Source of the DNA: a virus
Taxonomy: Duplodnaviria; Caudoviricetes
Reading direction: 5' to 3' (one strand)
IMG/VR virus record: IMGVR_UViG_3300033144_007297
Span: 1 to 48,658 of that record
Length of the DNA stretch: 48,658 nucleotides
Positions 45,620-48,658 of this stretch are shown one piece after another. Under the pieces are notes generated by a model. It was not told the origin of the DNA, searched no databases, and saw only the letters and a list, made by a program, of their open reading frames with translations. The translations under genes were made by a program, and so were the position numbers. How positions within the stretch are numbered: position 1 is the first letter of the stretch; each line of letters opens with the position of its first letter.

Positions 45620-47056
45620 TTAAAACGGGATATCGTCTGACGCCACTACGAGCGCGGCATAGATGTCTTTGACCTCTTTCAATGTCCTGGTTTTCAGGTC
45701 GTCTACGAGGTTGTCCTGGAGCCTAAACTCAAGGTTCATGGTCCCCATAACGTGGCGGACAACACCAACCGCGAACCTATTATTAATCTGCGCGGCCAGG
45801 TCGTTGCGCTCTGCCTGTAATTCTTGGACCGACCTTTTTGCCACCGGCTCCGGCTCCTGTACCAATGTGTTCTGACCAGGTGTGGACTCCGGAGGTTGCA
45901 GGCCTGGATCTATAAAGCCGGCATCCACGATCTCACCTTCCACACTTTCTTTCTCGACCGGTTTAGGCTCTTCAGGGGGGTCCAGGGGCCATTGCTCGCC
46001 CTTAACGTGTTTGACCATAGTGTCCCTGTACCATTTTTCCCTGTGGATCGCCTTTACGCTATCCGGAGCTACCTTCAGGATGTTCAGAAATTGAGTCGTT
46101 TTGGATTTTCCGGAGAACGTAGCCGCCAGAGATTTCCAGGTTCCTACCCAGGCCTCCCAATCGGTTTCGGTCCAATCAGACACCAAGCTTTTGTGTGGCG
46201 GTTTGTCCTGGGTCCCCTGAAAGGCCTTCCAAAAGCCCGCGAACGATTCAGGACTCTTTGCCGCACGATCTTTAAGTTCGTCGACAGAGATCCCCGCGGC
46301 CTTGGCGCTCTTCTCGCAGAAGGCTTCGAGGATCGCGTTTGGAAGGACTGTCTTTTCTTTTGCGAAGTCGTCAAAGGTCTTGCGCTTTGATGGCTCTTCC
46401 TTTGGAGGCTCATAGCCTCCATTTTCTGTCATGTCCATATCGATGATGTCTGCTCCAGGCGCGATCTCCCCAGGGATAACGGCGTGTCCAACGGTGTCGC
46501 CCCAGAGCGCGGACAGGCCTTGCGACTCTGCCACCTTTGCGATCTGCGCGGGCTGATTATCTACCGCCCAAAACTTCGTTACCTTTCCGTCAGCCTTCTT
46601 TTTGATATAAGCCGCCAGATTGACCTCAAGCCTCCACGGTCCGGCCCATCCTTCTGGCGTGGCCGAGAAGAAGCCACCCAGGAGCTTTTCCCCTTCGAGC
46701 AACAGGCCATGGGAGTCTTTTACATCTCCGCCCTTTGTCAAGACAATGATTCCCTTACTCCACCCCTTGCAGTCCTTTGCCCTTCGGGCCTTGGCGCGTT
46801 TGTGGTGGATCGACTCAACGATCTGGGCGTTATCATTCTGGCTGTACTTGATCAGCCAACATTGCCGGAGGAACGGGTTCAACTGTCGGGCCTTGCATTC
46901 GTGCATAAAATACATAAGCTCCGACTCCGTGATGAACTCTTTTTTCCCCTGGACCAGGAACCTTCTAACGATGCCCATGGTTAGGGTCATTTGTTCGCCG
47001 TTCGCCATTTCATATTTCATTTCACGAACAGCGATGTCTGTGGTTTGTTCTTCCAT
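45620..47056 (-). CDS. bet: Bet/RecT-family single-strand annealing protein with long C-terminal extension ending DDIPF
   Basis: E..YF..EC....LNPF..Q.WLIKY, LLGG, FW...PA.QI.KVAESQ.L. GGAGG RBS. Confidence 0.8.
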   Translation of the reverse strand: MEEQTTDIAVREMKYEMANGEQMTLTMGIVRRFLVQGKKEFITESELMYFMHECKARQLNPFLRQCWLIKYSQNDNAQIVESIHHKRAKARRAKDCKGWSKGIIVLTKGGDVKDSHGLLLEGEKLLGGFFSATPEGWAGPWRLEVNLAAYIKKKADGKVTKFWAVDNQPAQIAKVAESQGLSALWGDTVGHAVIPGEIAPGADIIDMDMTENGGYEPPKEEPSKRKTFDDFAKEKTVLPNAILEAFCEKSAKAAGISVDELKDRAAKSPESFAGFWKAFQGTQDKPPHKSLVSDWTETDWEAWVGTWKSLAATFSGKSKTTQFLNILKVAPDSVKAIHREKWYRDTMVKHVKGEQWPLDPPEEPKPVEKESVEGEIVDAGFIDPGLQPPESTPGQNTLVQEPEPVAKRSVQELQAERNDLAAQINNRFAVGVVRHVMGTMNLEFRLQDNLVDDLKTRTLKEVKDIYAALVVASDDIPF

Positions 47057-47067
47057 AATTACACCTC

Positions 47068-47973
47068 CTATTTTGTGCGTAGCCGCACGTCTGAATGTTC
47101 ATAAATTTCCAGGCCAGGGATAGTCCTGACGCCGGCATCGATAGCGTCCTTTACAGCCTTGTCGTCGAGCGACATGACCGTGAATTTCCTTGGGACCTGG
47201 TCCAGGCTAATCAGCCTGTGCTTCCAGGTCTTGACCGTGAAGGTCGTCCCTTCGGCCGTTCTCGTCGGTCCACCGGCAACATCTTTGGGGACCACAATCA
47301 CCGGATCCGGAACGCCAGGATCCACAACCTCTGGAATGGCGACCTCTACCGACTCAACACTGGCCTCTTTGGCCTTGGCATCAAGCTCTTTCTGGCGGGC
47401 CAGGGCCTCCTCGCGCTCCACCACCTGGCGGGCGATCTCTGTCTGGCGCTCCGCTTCAAGTTCTTTCTTCCGGATGGCCGCCTCTTCCTCTGCCACCTTC
47501 ATGGCGATGCGCCTGTTCACTTCGGCCTGTTCGGCTCCGTAGGCCCCGATCTTGCCCTTCAGGGTCTTTACCGTCTTGTCGAGCAGGGCCTTGATTGGCC
47601 TGGCGGCGCCGTTGACACCGTTTACTACGGTACCATAAGGATCGATAAGCTCTTTCCTGGTGCCGTCTATGCTCTTTCCGAGCTTGGTCAACTGTCCGGC
47701 CATCTCGACAGCCGTAACATTTGTTTCTGCGTCTACCACTTTAAGCCCTGTGGCCCTTTCAGCCAATGCTTCAATCTGGACAATGTGCGGCTGAAGAAAA
47801 GTCTTCAGCTTGTCCAGGTCAAACGCGTGGGGCGGCATGAATGCCATGGTCGGGGCATCTGGAATCGTGACTTCCGGATACTCCGGATCCACGACCTTTG
47901 CCATCTCCACGATCCCAGGCATCTCCTCTTTCATTATCTCGTTATCATCGGGTGTCCATACATTTTCACTCAT
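47068..47973 (-). CDS. coiled-coil phage recombination-module protein
   Basis: C-terminal W......D.VPR.F....D.KA...AI..G.R.IPG.EIYE motif. AAGGAGGT favours ATG 47973. Confidence 0.6.
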   Translation of the reverse strand: MSENVWTPDDNEIMKEEMPGIVEMAKVVDPEYPEVTIPDAPTMAFMPPHAFDLDKLKTFLQPHIVQIEALAERATGLKVVDAETNVTAVEMAGQLTKLGKSIDGTRKELIDPYGTVVNGVNGAARPIKALLDKTVKTLKGKIGAYGAEQAEVNRRIAMKVAEEEAAIRKKELEAERQTEIARQVVEREEALARQKELDAKAKEASVESVEVAIPEVVDPGVPDPVIVVPKDVAGGPTRTAEGTTFTVKTWKHRLISLDQVPRKFTVMSLDDKAVKDAIDAGVRTIPGLEIYEHSDVRLRTK

Positions 47974-48211
47974 GGTCTTCACCTCCTTTTTCAGATTTCA
48001 TAGTGCGGAGTTTTTCGTCAACCAGGGCATTTGACATTAGATCTACGACTTCAGATAGTGCCTCGACGTGTGCGCGTGTCAAAAGATCTTCTCTTGCACA
48101 GCCACATTGCTGTACAGGGCAATAGCCATCAAGCCAAAATGTCAACTCGCGCAATGTGTTGGTTTGCACTTTTGGGAATTCTAATTCGAACTCCATTTTC
48201 ATAATTGTCAT
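47966..48211 (-). CDS. hypothetical protein
   Basis: 81 aa, GGAGG RBS. Confidence 0.5.
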   Translation of the reverse strand: MTIMKMEFELEFPKVQTNTLRELTFWLDGYCPVQQCGCAREDLLTRAHVEALSEVVDLMSNALVDEKLRTMKSEKGGEDHE

Positions 48212-48220
48212 TGTGTCCTC

Positions 48221-48469
48221 CTAAACCCACATTTCCTTAATTCCCGTTATTGGATCCTCCGTTATAACGAAGGGCTTCTTCCATATCAACTTCTTTCCGT
48301 TAAACTCACCGCGGAAGTGCGCCGCCCATGTGTCGAGGGCGCGGTGGTCCCTGGCATACTTCACGTTCCCAATAAACTCTATGGGACGGCCGATTTTTTG
48401 AAATTCTCTCGACATATGCCTCTTGACAACGTGTCGCATTTTCACTCTTTTTTCCGTTGGTCTTCCCAT
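48221..48469 (-). CDS. basic hypothetical protein
   Basis: 82 aa, AAGGAGG RBS. Confidence 0.5.
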   Translation of the reverse strand: MGRPTEKRVKMRHVVKRHMSREFQKIGRPIEFIGNVKYARDHRALDTWAAHFRGEFNGKKLIWKKPFVITEDPITGIKEMWV

Positions 48470-48482
48470 TTCATTACCTCCT

Positions 48483-48658
48483 TTAACTATTTTTTCTAAA
48501 GTTGTACATTACCAGGCCGCCCAGGAAAACATTGAGGTCTGCCTGGTACGGCCTGTTGATGTAATCATAGATTCTGGCCCCAGAGCCATCGCTCTTGAGC
48601 ATAACTGATATCCCCCTATGGGTAGGGTACCCGTTCTCCAGGGCAAGCTGTCTGTAGG
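48483..48658 (-). CDS. C-terminal end of a probable PD-(D/E)xK exonuclease (cut by the window edge; not in the ORF track)
   Basis: Translates YRQLALENGYPTHRGISVMLKSDGSGARIYDY...DLNVFLGGLVMYNFRKNS*. Resembles the region after Q..AY in phage exonucleases. Upstream of bet. Confidence 0.45.
   Translation of the reverse strand, partial: YRQLALENGYPTHRGISVMLKSDGSGARIYDYINRPYQADLNVFLGGLVMYNFRKNS

Noticed and set aside
47095-48003. 302-aa + strand ORF
   Set aside because: Antisense shadow of the - strand coiled-coil gene, which has a strong RBS and a family motif.
1-48658. tRNA, rRNA, integrase, att site or transposase; alternative genetic code
   Set aside because: None recognised. Genes are long and tightly packed under the standard code, leaving little intergenic space.

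Overview
About 48.7 kb of a tailed dsDNA phage or prophage with podovirus-like organisation: no tape measure, tail tube or sheath gene is recognisable. Positions 1-45556 are one + strand late region. In order it holds a terminase-nuclease-like ORF, small structural and Zn-binding genes, a P22-like portal, scaffold, major capsid protein, duplicated decoration-like genes, adaptor and nozzle-like genes, and probable ejection proteins including a 3902-aa polyvalent protein. It continues with a fibre module built on a 14-15-aa 'LDA' repeat shared by four genes, a glycosyltransferase-methyltransferase fusion, and lysis genes. From 45620 a convergent - strand recombination module follows (Bet/RecT-like protein ending in DDIPF, a coiled-coil protein, a partial exonuclease-like ORF). 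The most notable signals are: the multi-gene LDA-repeat fibre system with an embedded glycosylation enzyme; matched 6+6 expansion of Pro-rich and helical repeats in one protein; a recurring Q-[YFH]-A-[IL] motif at the module junctions of the giant protein; and near-absence of several restriction-type palindromes. All family assignments come from motif recognition by eye, and all counts are manual.
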